From positions 27,651,504-27,715,503 of the forward strand of contig OZ037765.1 in assembly GCA_964035545.1 (NCBI GenBank): 64,000 bases of DNA, read 5' to 3'. Of the stretch, positions 40,701 to 54,639 are shown one piece after another (within the stretch, counting starts at the first letter, position 1; each line of letters starts with the position of its first letter). The notes below the pieces were generated by a model. The model was given only the letters and a program-made list of their open reading frames with translations, had not been told where the DNA came from and searched no databases. Made by a program: the position numbers and the translations under genes. Source of the stretch: Bugula neritina. Lineage: Eukaryota > Animalia > Bryozoa.

Positions 40701-43700
40701 TGCTGAAATTTTTGCTGGGATTTATTTTTATCCACTCCTGAAAAGGAGCTGAAAACAGTTGCAGTTAAACTTGCCAACAATTTGCTATTCCTCTTCTCTC
40801 TCTGCTGTTAATTAGTTAGCATTACTGTTTTATCAAGAATAATTTAGTAGCCCGGATATTCTCATTAGTGTACTGAATAAAAGTAATAAATTAACATTTG
40901 TCATTACAAGATATAAAACATTCAGTCGTGTTATTGCAGGTTCTGTATTACGAAAAGCTCTCCATGGCTATCAAGAAAAATGCAGATGGAGGATACAACT
41001 ATCTCACCCCTGACGACATGCCCCATCTTATTAATCCTGTAGAAGCAAGGCTGGGTTAGTTTGTTAAGTCTGTATATTTATTATCAGCAAGAATTAAATG
41101 ACTAGGTGTATCACTTAACGTTGAATTGGCGAAAAGAATGAATTAGTAGATAAATTAGAACATTAGCATTTGTTTCTTATTTTTGTATGAAAAAAAAAAA
41201 ACAATTCTCAATTTTTATCTGTATGAAAAAGTCGATTAGAGTCTTCATTGTCTTCCCGTCATTTTATGTAAAGTTTCTCTGGCTTACCAGCATGCATTGT
41301 TTAGCTCTACCTTGTGTACCGGAGGTAGTTTATTTATTTGTTATTGTAGGATCATTTGTGGACACTAACCCCACTTTAAACTTTATTGTTTATGTTCCAA
41401 CTGAGAAACAATACCCTCTGTATTTACACGACCGTCAAGGTAAATATGCATCATCCAATATTCATGTAGTGGTTTCCAAAATGAATTTTTTATATAATCA
41501 CCTTATAGTTAAGTTATATATTTATCTGTTTATCTTTATTTTAGGTGAAGTTTTGTCAACCAATTCCTTTCTTGTACCCAGATGGGGCGGGTTCTACATT
41601 TACAATATCAACTCTACGAATGGACCTCAGCCAGTGAAACACCAAGTTGATCTTGGAGTTGTGTTCACACAGCTGCTGCCTCAAATTAGAACACTACTTG
41701 GGTTCACCAGTTTAGTGAGTTATTCAGCAAATATCAAGTATCTTATATAAACTTTGTCTGCTGGTAAGTCATGAGTTGAACTCTGTGCAACTGTTAACAC
41801 AGATGATGTTTAAAATTTTTATTACAATGATCCTTTTACTTTTAAGGCAGATGTTAACATACTAATGCTAGCCATTGCTAGCTGGAAATTTGAAACCTTT
41901 TCATTTTTATAGCAAGGAGTTCAGCGCATTTTAAATGTTTTAAAGTTTTTTCTATGAATAACCAGTGTTCAGACAGGTGAAAGTTCTGTTATGTTTGGCG
42001 TTTGAATAACTGTATGTGAGTAGAACTGCAATATTACTCTTACAGAACACAGAGCTGTTAGGAAGAACTACACCTTCAGATGGTTCATTGTCTCAGTGGG
42101 TAAGTTGCTGGAGGTATTGCATTGCAACTCATGTTTTACATGAAGACATCAATGGCTGTGTTTAACTTACTTAGTGCTTTCACTTCTCAAAGGTTTACGA
42201 ATAAATTAAGTTTTAAAAATGTATTATATTTGCTTGTGCTGTAAATTTCAACTAGTCCATTTTATAAATTTGTATTCTCCATGCTGTGTCTGTATTTAAA
42301 GTAAAACATAGTAGTATTGCTGTTGAAAAACTATCAAAAAACGAATCCAGAGTTGACCAACTCAAACTCATCACATGTTAAATGCGATACATTTGCTTCT
42401 CCTGCATTGGACTAATTAGCCACTAACATGCTTGTGAGAAAAACTGATATGAGTTGTCTTTACATTAGCACTTTTGTTCTTTACTTCTTCTGCAATATAT
42501 ATTTTGTTTATGTACTTTTGTCATCTCTTACTGTTTTTCCTGGTCTAGTTTTTGCTTGTACATTTTTCTCTAATTTATCTTTAGTTATGAAGTTTTGCCT
42601 TTTGCCCTATAGTTCTACTATATCATATACTACGTGTAAGAGACGTCTGTTTGTATTGGTTACAGGAAGTGAGCCAGTGGATGCAGCAGAGAACCATTGA
42701 GAATATAGGAACAGCAACACACACTTTATACTCTTTGTCAAACTTAGTGCAAAATATTCGAAACATGGTGATTAATGATGACATCAGCAAACAGGTACAG
42801 TTTTTGTTGAAGTCCACTAAATTAAAATCATATGGATAGTATTAGATATTATTATTGAATGATGACTGGTTTTGAAAAATATCTATGTTCAATAAGTTTC
42901 AGTTTTCATCAACTTTTAAATTTATAATTTGTATGAACTATGCAATGGTTTTTGAATAAATAATTATTTCAGGTTTTTGTTATTTCTGACTCACTGAGCA
43001 AATAGTAGAAAACTTAAATTTGTTATACTTATGAATGCATTTAATCAGCATCTTCGCCCAAGTTATTAAAAGTTAATTATTATATAGAGTAAGTTTATTT
43101 AATTTACATATAATTTGTGTTTATTTTTTGGGTTTAATGTAAAGTTGCGTTTCTATAGTCAAATCTTAGTTTAAAAAGTGAAATGGTAAAAATTAGTATA
43201 TTTGTATGATGTTTATTATGTTTCTAATATAAGAGTAAACAATACAGTCATAAAACAAATTAACTTTCAGCTAACAGTTCTTTGATATTTCAGGTCACAG
43301 ATTCGGTTCACGCCATCCTAGAAAGTCATCAGCTCCTTAACAAGGGATCTATTTCCAAGGCGTTTCTTGCTTCAAAATATGCCCTAGAATGTGCCGGTAG
43401 GTAAACCAATGGATATGTATTATATGTATATGATGTATACTTTCACTTATGCGTCAAGGAGTAATTTCGTTAATTCTAGTAATTTCGAATAGTCTTTAGA
43501 AAATCCATAGAGTTAGTATTCTCTTTGGAATCGTACAGTATATGTGACATGTGAACGAGAAGTCTTATTTGAAATTTCAGTAAAACCATAACTAATATTA
43601 TTGCAATGAGAGTGCCAATTCCACTCCACGAGATTTCAATGTTCCTTCTCGCCCTCTCTTTGAATCGTACAACTATCCTCTGCCCTCTGGCCAGCCTTTC

Positions 43701-44960
43701 GTATATTATTCGGTATAGGGGGTCTCTTTCAGCCAGCACTATCTTTGAAATTATTATCCAGATAAAAAGAGCAAAAGCTATTGTTTCTAAAAACACCACG
43801 TATCCCAATGCACTCTTAAACTGTCGCCAGCTCTTGAAGCTCCTCAGGTAGTTAATCTCCCCTGCAATCACATACCCGAATCCTTTGATATGGTTTTCAA
43901 CTGCCAGAGTAAATTCTTGAAAACTCATGTTGATGAAATTTAGCAGCTAGTTTCTCTGAGATTGTAAGATCACTTGATTTTGTATTTGAGGTTGAGTGAA
44001 ACAATGCAAAGAGATTATTACGTCATTGTTATGATTAAGTTAAGCTATTGTTACTTTTTATCCCATTGTTGTTGTCTTGCTGTATGCTTTGTATAGTATA
44101 AATTAAATTATGTTTACTAAAATTTAATTGTTGCTACTTTGAGGTAAAATTGTATTTATATTGCTCAAACTGATTTTTTAACTTGGTAAAAGACAGAGCT
44201 GTAGAAATTTCCATTAGACAGTTGTTATATTGAGCAAACATTTATAACTTATATCAGAATGTGTTAAAGAATTTCACACAAGTTTTACAAAATTAAATTC
44301 CTCAGAAATTTGATACAGTAATTCTTGCCAATTACTATAACACTTCTTATATTACTACATAAAATAAATGTGGCTTTGTTAAATATATGTCAATTTGGCA
44401 TTTTCAACTGTTGTAGTGTTCATGCGTTCTGAAAAAGAAGGCAACTCCTGTTATCCTATAGCAAAATATATTATTATAAAATTTGTTTGAAAACGTCTTT
44501 CAATATCATTTTAGCTGTATGGCATTTAATTAATTCTTTATACATTATTCTTCAAATCCAATACCTTAAAAAATTCAGATAGAATACCAATTTATATATT
44601 AACTATTATATTTGAATTAATTTAGGATAAAAAAAATGTGTGACAACCGCAACATCTTCTTGCAGTGTATTCTTTCAGCTGGTGTTTTATTTGTTTTAGA
44701 TACTGCATTCTTTGATACCTCGCTATTAGAACTACTCTACTTCCCTGAAGATCAAAAGTATGTATAAACAATGCACTGTATCTTCATTTTGTAAATATAA
44801 AACGAGCAATTGGTAACCAGTTGAACCTCGTTTTAGGTTTGCCATATACATTCCACTTTTCCTACCAGTTGGAATACCTTTACTAACCTCAGCTATTGCT
44901 GCTATCAAATGGTTGAAAGGCAAAAACAATGGACCACAAGGAAAGCCAAAGACAGATTGA
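37795..44960 (+). CDS. PIGS: GPI transamidase component PIG-S
   Basis: GIPVWWLTTTVYRAELPY; LNFIVYVP; NSFLVPRWGG; ELYYFPEDQKFAIYIPLFLP; C-terminal KPKTD* (KxKxx ER-retrieval motif). Confidence 0.96.
43476..43928 (-). CDS. Nested intronless antisense ORF, 150 aa, two predicted TM helices, function unknown
   Basis: Uninterrupted 453-nt ORF inside a stop-rich AT intron; AACATG start context; visibly higher GC than its flanks; hydrophobic segments ALGYVVFLETIAFALFIWIIISKIVL and ISWSGIGTLIAIILVMVLLKF. Confidence 0.65.
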   Translation of the reverse strand: MSFQEFTLAVENHIKGFGYVIAGEINYLRSFKSWRQFKSALGYVVFLETIAFALFIWIIISKIVLAERDPLYRIIYERLARGQRIVVRFKERARRNIEISWSGIGTLIAIILVMVLLKFQIRLLVHMSHILYDSKENTNSMDFLKTIRNY

Positions 44961-45410
44961 AACAGTTCTTTGATTTGTATCTCATAGTTTTACACTAGTT
45001 GGATGACTCAGCAGTGTAGATATCTTCTAAGATTGACAGAAATGAAATTTATGTAGAAATGCCACAATTTGTTTGTAATTTTATGTGAACACAACTCCAT
45101 GCTGCAACTAACTTCTCAGCTGAGTTGTATGTTGCATTCTGATGGCCAATGTTTTTATTGAACAAAAACCACATGTAGCAGAAGTGTTTCGTTGTAAAGG
45201 ATGACATTTCTGAAAGAAGTCTTTTGTAAATAGTATTTAAATAAAATATATTGTATTATCATAACACAACATTTAATTATGGTTACAATGTTTGACTCGA
45301 TTTCTATGAAACTTCAAAAATGTATAAACTACTGTATAGCCACAAAAAGCAATAAATAACTAAAAATGTTTAATAACAGTAATAAAAAAGGAAATACAAT
45401 TTTTATGCCA

Positions 45411-48400
45411 TCAATGTCCATTAGGGATAGTTTTATTTGCAGGACTCCAGGCTGGTCGTGGAGATAGATCCAACTCACTTCTATATCTAGCTTTAGCCTT
45501 TTCACGCTTTTTTTGCTGCTCCTATTTTAAAAATCATTGCATGGTAAAAATAGACTACAAAATATGAGAAATGTAGGTGCTGGTACTTGCAGGGCATATG
45601 CTTGACTTACATTGAAAGTGTGGCAACAAACCAAGTGTCCCAACAATTATTTGTTATATCTTATACATGATATGTTGTCCAAAACTTGCAAGTTTCAAGA
45701 AAAACCTCTATTCATTTACACTCCATTTCCCTTTTTAAATGTCTCTGATATTTCATTAATTTCTAACCTTTCTTTCAAGCCAGTTTTCATAGAGTTTCTC
45801 AGCCTCCCGCTCACGTTGTCTCGTTTCATTCATCTTTTGAGTGACCTGCTGTTTTTCTTCTTGTTTAGATTGCCGTATAGTTTGTATAATTTCTTTATCT
45901 TTTTTCTTTTTCCTGCAAAAAAGTGGTAGATCTTTAGATTTTTGCAGGCAATGATGAATGACATGTGTTTTGGAAAGGCCACTTTGCCTGTGTTAAAGTA
46001 TATCAAGGTTATCGGAGAATTGTGGTCTTTGTGTCATGACCTGGTGAACATAGTATATTTTTATTAATATTATTGCTTTTCTTTTAAAAAGAGAAGTCAT
46101 AGCATAAAAGTCTATTAGCTGGTGTTTGTACTAAGGCTATTAGACTTAAAAAGTGTATTAATTTTAGGTGTATGTATTGTTAATCTTCACATCAGATATA
46201 AGTAATAATTCATAAAGAGCCACAAAAAATATTGTTACTGCTTTCTGATAAGCAGACCTACCAGCCAACAAATGCTCCTTCAGCATCTTTCTTCTTTTGG
46301 TTTTCTATTTCTTGTTTATCAGAGAGCTTTATGGTTGCATCTTTTTTCTCACGCTTCTTTTTAGTGATAATATCTTCATCTTTTTCTTCTTTCCATTTCT
46401 TAAATATCTGAGAGAAAGCAATCAATAGTAGTAAAAGTTTGATAAACATACTACTAGACAAAATTATATGGCTTGAATTCATGCTTTGGTAAACACAGGT
46501 CTCTTTCATTGCAACAATTAGACTGTCCTGTGCTTATCACAAAGTAGTAACTCTAAACAAAATATATAGTTAGTCTACTCTCACATTATGATTATAATAC
46601 TTAACAAAGTGATTGAAAACTGTTACTATGGCTACCATTTCCTAAATAAAATAATCATAAAGAGCAAAATAATTTTTCACACTACATTACTCTAATATGC
46701 TGAGGCTAAAAAAGCACTAATACTAGTCATAAACTTACAAGATCAGCATCACGCTTCTTTTCCTGCTCTTTTTTCAATTCCTCAGCTTTCTTTTTTTCCT
46801 CTGCTCTTGCTTTCCTAAGTTTTTCCCTCAACATCTCATCTTTTCTCTCTTTCCAAGTTCGAAAAATCATTTCATTTTCTAATTTTTTATCCAACAGTTC
46901 CTGCAGTATGAGATAATGGAATGTAGTTTACAATGTCTGGTAAACCAGATACACAGTTTAAAAATCGATGTTCTAACCTAATTGATACAATAATCTAGCA
47001 AAACTTTAATATAACACAATTTTAAAAATTTGAATGCAATTTTTAGCTGTGACAAACATCATATAGGAAGCTCATTAGCTAAAATTAATATAGAAGCGTT
47101 TCTGTAAAAAACAATGAAGTTTAAAGCACAATTTCCCTAACATAGTCTTATAATTATATAGATTCTTCTTAATTTTAAGAGTAACTAAAATAAAGGTAGC
47201 AAAATTTATACAAAGCTCTAATCGCTACATATTTTTATGTATAATAATAATTGATATCACAACATCTTAAAATATTCAAGGTACATTAAAGGGTGATTGT
47301 GTTTGCTATCAGCATATAAAAGGGCCACTCGAAAGATTATTTTTTTTGGAATCAAGAGTGACAATTTTTCCTATAAAAAAATAGTCTGATGAAATCATTG
47401 TTTATATTTACATAAGTTTTATACTTAAATAATATTTATGTTAACATGATATTAATATTTACATAATATTTATACTTGCATAATGTATATATTTACAGGA
47501 TGACCCCATTAGACATTTTTATTGGAGCAAATGTTATTAAAATTTTAAATAATAAAATGAGCTATGAGACTTCAAAAGATTTTTAGATGCCCGATTAATA
47601 ATCTTGTACTTAAAAAAATTTTTATTCACACCGTTACCTTTTCTTTCTTTTGTTGTTCTTCTTTTTCTTGTCTCCTCTTTTCTGAAATAGACTTTTTACC
47701 AGACGCCTGCTTTTTTTCCATCCACTCCTTGTAAATATAATTCCTGATATCAGAGGCACTCTCAAAAGTTGGAGTAGCTGGAACCTCTTCACCTGCATCT
47801 TTTCTTGGCTTGGGTTTCTTGATAGCAGTGTTTCTATTACTACTGGAAAGTTGTCAAATTATTATAATCAATGCAACACAGTAAAATATGAGTACAAATG
47901 GAAAACATAAAGCTGCAAGAGTACAAGACAAATGTTTAGATAACTAAGTTGAAATACCTATATATAGTATAGTATTACAAACAATAAATTATTGATATGT
48001 ATGCTACCAATAAAATGGCATATTATCATGCAATCAACATTATATTCAATTCACGCTAAAGCACGTTTTCAGTAAAAACAACGATTAGTTTTCTCGGTCC
48101 AGCTTCCTTTTATTTGTAAAAAACAATAAAAACCTTTGGTTTTCATCAATGTATTAATGCAATATATTCTTCAACAGTTTTACAAAGTTAAATACAAGCA
48201 ATATTTGTAGCTACAGTTTTTATAAGTTTGAATAATATTGAATCAAGAAAACTTGTATTACAGGAAGAATTTAGCAACTAATCACAAGCAAACCCTAACA
48301 GAATGCCTATCAATACTTACGGTGTTGACTCCTCAGGTTTAATGTATGTCATTGCCAGAGCATCTTGAGCATCGCTGACTTCTTCTATGTCAAAGTCAGC

Positions 48401-51400
48401 TTGCTGACTCTCAGTCTGAGGTTTTCCTTTCCGTGACTGTCTTCTGATAAAGCAGTGTAAAAACATTAGTCATCTATTAACATTTCATTAGTATGTGTTA
48501 TGTTGGGTAATCTTCTGGTCCAATTAGCATGTGCTAACTACCTACTATCACACATTGACTGGTAAACATTGCCATGTGATGAATCAGGTCACCTGGGCTC
48601 ATCTTATCCAATGAGAGAAGCTCAGCTTGCGAAAGGAGCACTCTGTATGTAACCCTGAGTGCAAGCGTGTCATTTGTATCCCCTCCCCATTTTCCACGCA
48701 TTAATCATGGTTCAACCGCAGCCAGTTTGTATGGAGAGTCATTTTCAGAATAAAAAAAATCCCATTACTCAATCATTTTGATTTTTCATAGTTGCCTCTT
48801 CTTATGTAATTATGATCTGTTAGAAAGACTGTTGCATACATTTAGATGCCAATCTATTAGTTGTCAAAGCTACTTTTGTCAGATGAAAGGAGATTTGTGT
48901 AAATTAAATTAACTACACAGCAATTATGAAGTTTGTTTTGTTTGAACAACGCATTGTGATCTTTTACATGTTTACAAAATATGTGCATCACAAAAATTAT
49001 TACACCTTTGCCAGCAGTTCAAAGCAATTGTTTGGATTATTTAGCAAAAATACTGGTAGCACTAGTTGTATTTCATGTTTCAATAATAACACATTTGTTC
49101 CTCAACTAAAAAGATTATGTAAGTTTTTAGAGGTATCCTACTTTTTCTACCCTTTGGTGTATGAGCTACTCAGCTCAGTTTGATCTAGCATTTTCTATGG
49201 ATTGATTAGACTGTGGTTCAACTGAGTTCAAGCTAAGCGGACGGATGGGCCCAAATGAAATGAGTTTAACTTTTAGCTTATTTTCATAGTTCAAACTGGC
49301 TGCAGTCAAACACAATTTTAATGAGAAACCGGTGATTAACTTCTAAACTCTGTTCAACTTGGGTAAGAAAAATATTATTTTTTAAACATAAACTAAACAC
49401 CGTATTAGCTGTAAAAACTTGAGCTAGGCACGAATAACATGACATGCGTAAGTGGTTCAATTTTAAGGAAACTAAAACAATTGCAAATGTAAAAATTACT
49501 TTTGTTCTCGCTCCTCCTTTTTCTTTTCAATCATCATAGGGTCTTTATCAACATCTCTACAGAGAGAGCTTTCACGTTCATCATCATCTTTCTTCAGAGT
49601 GACTGCTGCAGAACTACGCTCTCGGGGACGCGACTTACGATCAGATTCACCATCAGCCAGTAAATTGTCCATGAAAGATGACCGAGTCTTTGGTTTCTTA
49701 AATCATACAATAAGTAAACATAAGGACTGAGAAGAATAGTCTTGGTAAATAGAGTAATCTTCTCTTGAAAGTCTGCCAAACTTAGAATATACAGATTGAG
49801 GTACTTTGTCCGCCATTGATTCACCTCTTTTAATAAAAATATATACCACCACAAGTAAAAATTTCAATAGTTCATATTATAACATGTAGCAGTCTATATT
49901 ATGACGCATTATACTACAACTTATAGGTTTTTTATTAGAATTTTGTGAAAATGCAATTTTTAGAATAACCATTCGACTTCAAACAAAACAAAGTTAGGCT
50001 GTTTTTAAGCAAACCAACCCAAACAAACAAAAAGCAAGACCATCAAAGACTGCACAATGGCATAATAAACAGTTTTGAGCAATGCCACAAATTAATCAAG
50101 GAAACTTCTAGCAAATCGAAACTAATGTAAAAGTTAATTTTGAATAGTAATACTTACAGATTCTTTGGCCGTTGCTTCATCTCCCAGCAAGTTATCGAGA
50201 TATGATGTTCGAGTCGACTTCCCAGAGTTGGAAGTTGCTTGCTTATCTTCTTCATCCGAATCTGCCAGCAACTTTGACATGTAGGAGCGTTGTTGAGGCG
50301 CTGGTTGAGTTTGGTGACCTGCTAAATCTGACTGAAACAACCGGCTGTTTTGTGATCTCTTGCTGGTTACTTGATCTTCTTGAGTGCCCGATTGAAATAA
50401 CGGACTTTCAACTCTTTTTTTCACGCCAAATATATCATCCATTGTAGACTGTTTGGGACTTTTCCTTTCAGAAAGTTCAGTTTTGGGTGTTAATCTTGGA
50501 TCATTCTCTTTTGACTTAAACTTATTCCTTTCAGAATTTTCTCTTTCTAGTTCTCGAGGGCTTTTTCTATCTGCTAACAAACTTTGGTCCGAGGGGCTTT
50601 TTCGCTTTCCAAAAATATCATCTAAGTTGCTGCTCGGCTTTTTAGATTTAGAAATAAGTAGCTCGTCTTCTCTTGATTTAGGAGTAGTACGTCCTGAGCC
50701 ACTCCTTTGTGGGCCAAAGAGTTCATCTTCTTTAGACTTAGCAGTACGGCCAGACCCACCACCTTGTGGACCAAAGAGCTCATCCTCTTTAGATTTAAGC
50801 AGCTTTCTACCAAAGCCAGGTGAATTCTTTTCTGTTCGAATTTGATCAAGCTGATCTTGTTTGGGAGTTGTGCTACCTGAGCTTATTCGACCATAACCAT
50901 CTTCTCTTGATTTGGGCGTTGATCTTCCAGAGCCAGAATTAACTTGCTTACCAATACTAGACCTCTGTAATTCATTCTTATCAATAGAGCTTCGTCCATC
51001 CTTTGTTGTTGGAGTTTGTCGTCCTATATCAGGCAAAGAGTTATTAATCTATAATTTAATGAATTGCTTAAAATATGATTACCTCTTACAGGTCAATAAA
51101 ATATCCTAGCTTGATGAAAATAAAACAACATTAATTCCTAATAAACATGTGGATAATAAATGGCTGAGATATAAGTGTAGTTCAAATAGGCGCATTAAAT
51201 AATCCTAAAGCTAAAAAATTCGAGTAGCTTTCAAATTGCAGCAACAAGAATAGTGCAAACAGAAATGTCCACCTAGGGGAGGAGTTTTTTGTTGGAGTTG
51301 TCTTGTATATGCTCCAGTAAGTTCCTCATCTTCACTACCTTCACTTTCTTCCAGCAAAGAGCTTTGGCGTCGAGGATTAGCTAAGGGGCCTGACCTGACT

Positions 51401-53318
51401 CTCTCTTTAGGCTGTGGAGCCCTAAATAGCAATAAATTATTATTTAAAGTTGTGGAAGTCAGCTAAAAAAACTAAATTTGTAACTGCAGCAGTTACTGTT
51501 ATCAAATTATACTAGTTTACTAAAAATATTAATACTAATTTCTTTAGTTTTTATATATACTAGCATATACAATTAGATATAAAACTCAAGTGCAAAAAAA
51601 CTAAAACAAAAGAAGACAATTACAAAAACAAACACTGAAAACAGTGACATGTCTTTGACAAACTTTCTTATTTAATCAAAAATACTTTAATAGGTGTTGA
51701 ATATCCTTACAAGTACTTATTTTCAAAGTAGTTTGCAAGATGTAAGCAATGCCAATACTTTCAAAATAACCTCTAAAGTAGTATTCAATCTAAAGTTTGG
51801 CAACCATAATATGACTTCGGTTTTAGTCAATACATTGTTTATAAATTACAAGTTTATAAAGTAAGGATCTATTAAAACCAGCAGCGCCAAGAAAACTTTA
51901 TAGTTTTAGCAGATAACTGATCAGTAAAAAAATACTTAATTTACAAAATTTTCCTTTAAAATAAAAATGCATATAATAGAATTATTTTAAACAAAAATAT
52001 GAAGATACTATGACCATTACATTTTCAGTTGACCCAACAATTTGAAACAAACTGTGCAATCAGCTACACCATAAATAAAGGTCTGTACCTGCTAACTTCA
52101 CTTTCAGCTGAGAACTGTTTAAACTGGGGCGGCTGCCATGGTTTTTTCTTAGTGCTCAGCATGTCAGGCTCTTCATTATCATCCATCAGTAATCGATCAA
52201 GTTCATTCTTAGGTCTATATGAAATAAATTAAAACCATTTAGACAAAATTTAAATAAAAAGCATGTTACATGTATATAGCCTACATGGTAATTTGCCACA
52301 CATTATATACTAAAAAAAATTATCATAAGGTAAAACTAAATGAGTAATTTTGAAAGTTAAAAGAAGAACATTTAAATAAACTTCAGATATAGTTTACAAG
52401 TTTCCACACTAACAATATCATTGAAGCTTAGAATTTTTCTGTTATAAATTGAGATTAGAAAAAACTGCTGTATGTCCAGAAAAATTAAAAATTTTGCTCA
52501 AAAAGTTGAAGTAACAAGCACATTTTTTTAGCAACTTTCAATCCTTTTAGCCAGCAGAATGCTTTCTCAGAACTCTATGTTAAGTCTATTCTATTAGCCT
52601 TGTGCAGAGAAGCTGTTTCCTATGCACAGCACATTCTTTGTTTCAAATGATACAAGTAGCTACGTACATTATCTGCATTGCTTGTTATAAAAAGAACCAG
52701 AAATTTGATTCAATTAAATTGTAAAACATTTTGCAGCCTAATTTGCTGTTGAAATTATATATTTTCAATAAGTTTATAAAATACTTTATAAGTTGCAAAT
52801 ACTGCTCTCACTTTAAATCAAATAACAAGCATATAGCTTACAGCCAAAAACCACAGTTGGCTTAAACCTCTGAAGAAACTATTAAATGAAAAAGTATTAT
52901 TTTGTAAAATATAACCATTTGATTAAATACATACTTTATCTGCACTTTTTGCTTGATATTGGCATCTTTTGTACCGATAGACACGCGGGCCTGCGGCTTA
53001 GGAGGTGTCCTTCTCAGCTCTGACTCATACGGTGATTGGCTTCTTTGTTGAGAACTTTTAGCAGACTTGTTGAACATGGAAAGCAAGTCTATAAATTAGA
53101 AAATACAAGACCATTTAGCATTTGGCTTAAACTTAAAAACTCAACAACATAGTTTGTATCTTAGAAATAGTTTATATTGTACCATCATCGTCTTCCTCTG
53201 TTTCAGTGAGATCTGCTCCTAAGCCCTGAGAGTTTCTTTCCCTAATTTTAGCTGAAAGCTCCGTTTGCAAAGGTGACATCTTTTTAGTCCCTGTTGATGT
53301 TTTACCAAACACATCCAT
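45411..53318 (-). CDS. MAP9: Microtubule-associated protein 9 (ASAP)-like
   Basis: N-terminus MDVFGKTSTGTKKMSPLQTELSAKIRER; long S/P-rich middle; K/E coiled coil with periodic W (IYKEWMEKK, FKKWKEEK, AEGAFVGW); C-terminus SPRPAWSPANKTIPNGH* resembles the MAP9 'RPPWSP' tail. Confidence 0.75.
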
Positions 53319-53523
53319 AATCAGAAACAGATGCAACTTACTGCTAAAACAAAAATTCAAAATAATTTGCAGCAATTCCATCAATTACTTAAAAGATATA
53401 TTTTCAATTATTATTTACTTTTGCAAAACTATCAAAATGTTAGTGCAATAATCAGTAAGGAGCATATAAAAATATTGCAGTAATATTCTATTGATAAAAA
53501 TGGTATAATGCATTTGCATATAA

Positions 53524-53660
53524 GGAGCAGCCATGGTCTAGTTGTTAGATTACTGGCTTAGTAAACACAAGATCAGTGGTTCGAATTCCAGTATAAGCCA
53601 CTGTTGATGTTAGGAAGGGCATTCAGTCATAATTCCTCATTTGCCACAATCATAAACAAG
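53524..53660 (+). mobile_element. tRNA-derived SINE (degenerate)
   Basis: A-box-like TGGTCTAGTTG and B-box GGTTCGAATTCC, followed by a non-tRNA body GATGTTAGGAAGGGCATTCAG. Confidence 0.65.
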
Positions 53661-54626
53661 TCTTAGCCCACCTAAAAAATTGTTTCCATCAAATGTTTTG
53701 TTTCCATATCATGATAACCCACAAAGTTTTAAAGTAAAAAAAATCATTAAATTTTCAAAATATTTTGTACTTGAGTATTTGTTAATATCAGAACTTGATA
53801 TTTTAAGGGTGGAGATGTGTTCAAACAACTGATTTTACTTGGCTCAACTTTGATCCAAACTTTACAAAGCAAAAAGAAGAAATCCCTACTTATATTTAAA
53901 TAAATGAATCAATCAATATAATATACAGTTAGAAATCAGAATTCTGTCTTTGGGTTGAATGAAATAATTTTTTGCAAAAATTACTTTAGATGCAAGAAAT
54001 AACAATTATTTCAATGTTTTCGTTAAAATTCACTTCTTAATGAAATTAATGGCTTTTTGTAACTCATGTAAAATCAAAATGAAAATGGCATTTAAATAAT
54101 TATTGCTTTAATACACTATAACAACAAAACTTGACATAGCGTATAAAATAAAACTACACAAACATTAACAAACTTGAAGCTTAGCTCATGGTGATAATTA
54201 TAGTCAAAACTAATAAAAATCACTATAACTAAAACTAAAAGAAAAATAAATAATGTTACTAAGCTTATTATTTATTATTATTAACTTACAATTACAATAA
54301 ATTATAAGCCAAATAAAATTAAACTTATAATAATTAAATAAGTATCAACTGCCAACTTATTAACTACTATTTTCAACTGATGGGATTAAGTTTTTAGTTT
54401 AACTTCAAAGCTCAAGTAACGTGACTGCAACACCGGTTATACTTTCAGTTATGCTCATTACTTGAAGCATCATTAATTCAAGGATCAATGATTTTTTGCT
54501 CAATCAATGAAAACGTAAAAAATTAAAACATACAACTGTTTGATAAGGAGTAATGCAGTTTTACGACTTAGAAATAAGGAATAAAATTTGTTAGAAGTGA
54601 AGTTCTAGGCATCTAGGCGCCATGTT

Positions 54627-54639
54627 GTTTCTCGGTTAC
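54627..54639 (-). promoter_or_regulatory. Candidate RFX X-box at the inferred MAP9 TSS, next to a YY1-like ACATGGCG
   Basis: GTAACC-G-AGAAAC fits the GTHNYY-N-RRNAAC X-box pattern. Motif match only. Confidence 0.4.

Noticed and set aside
48535-48745. GC-richer island in a MAP9 intron with possible splice sites and a 55-codon minus-strand ORF
   Set aside because: No acceptor/donor pair I tried preserves frame, and there is no recognisable motif. It could be a repeat remnant.
50172-50849. Antisense or alternative-frame ORFs over the large MAP9 exon (likewise over RPAP3 and HDAC1 exons)
   Set aside because: These are shadow ORFs of real coding exons.
53524-53600. Functional tRNA gene
   Set aside because: A and B boxes are present, but the cloverleaf stems are degenerate and a SINE-like body follows.
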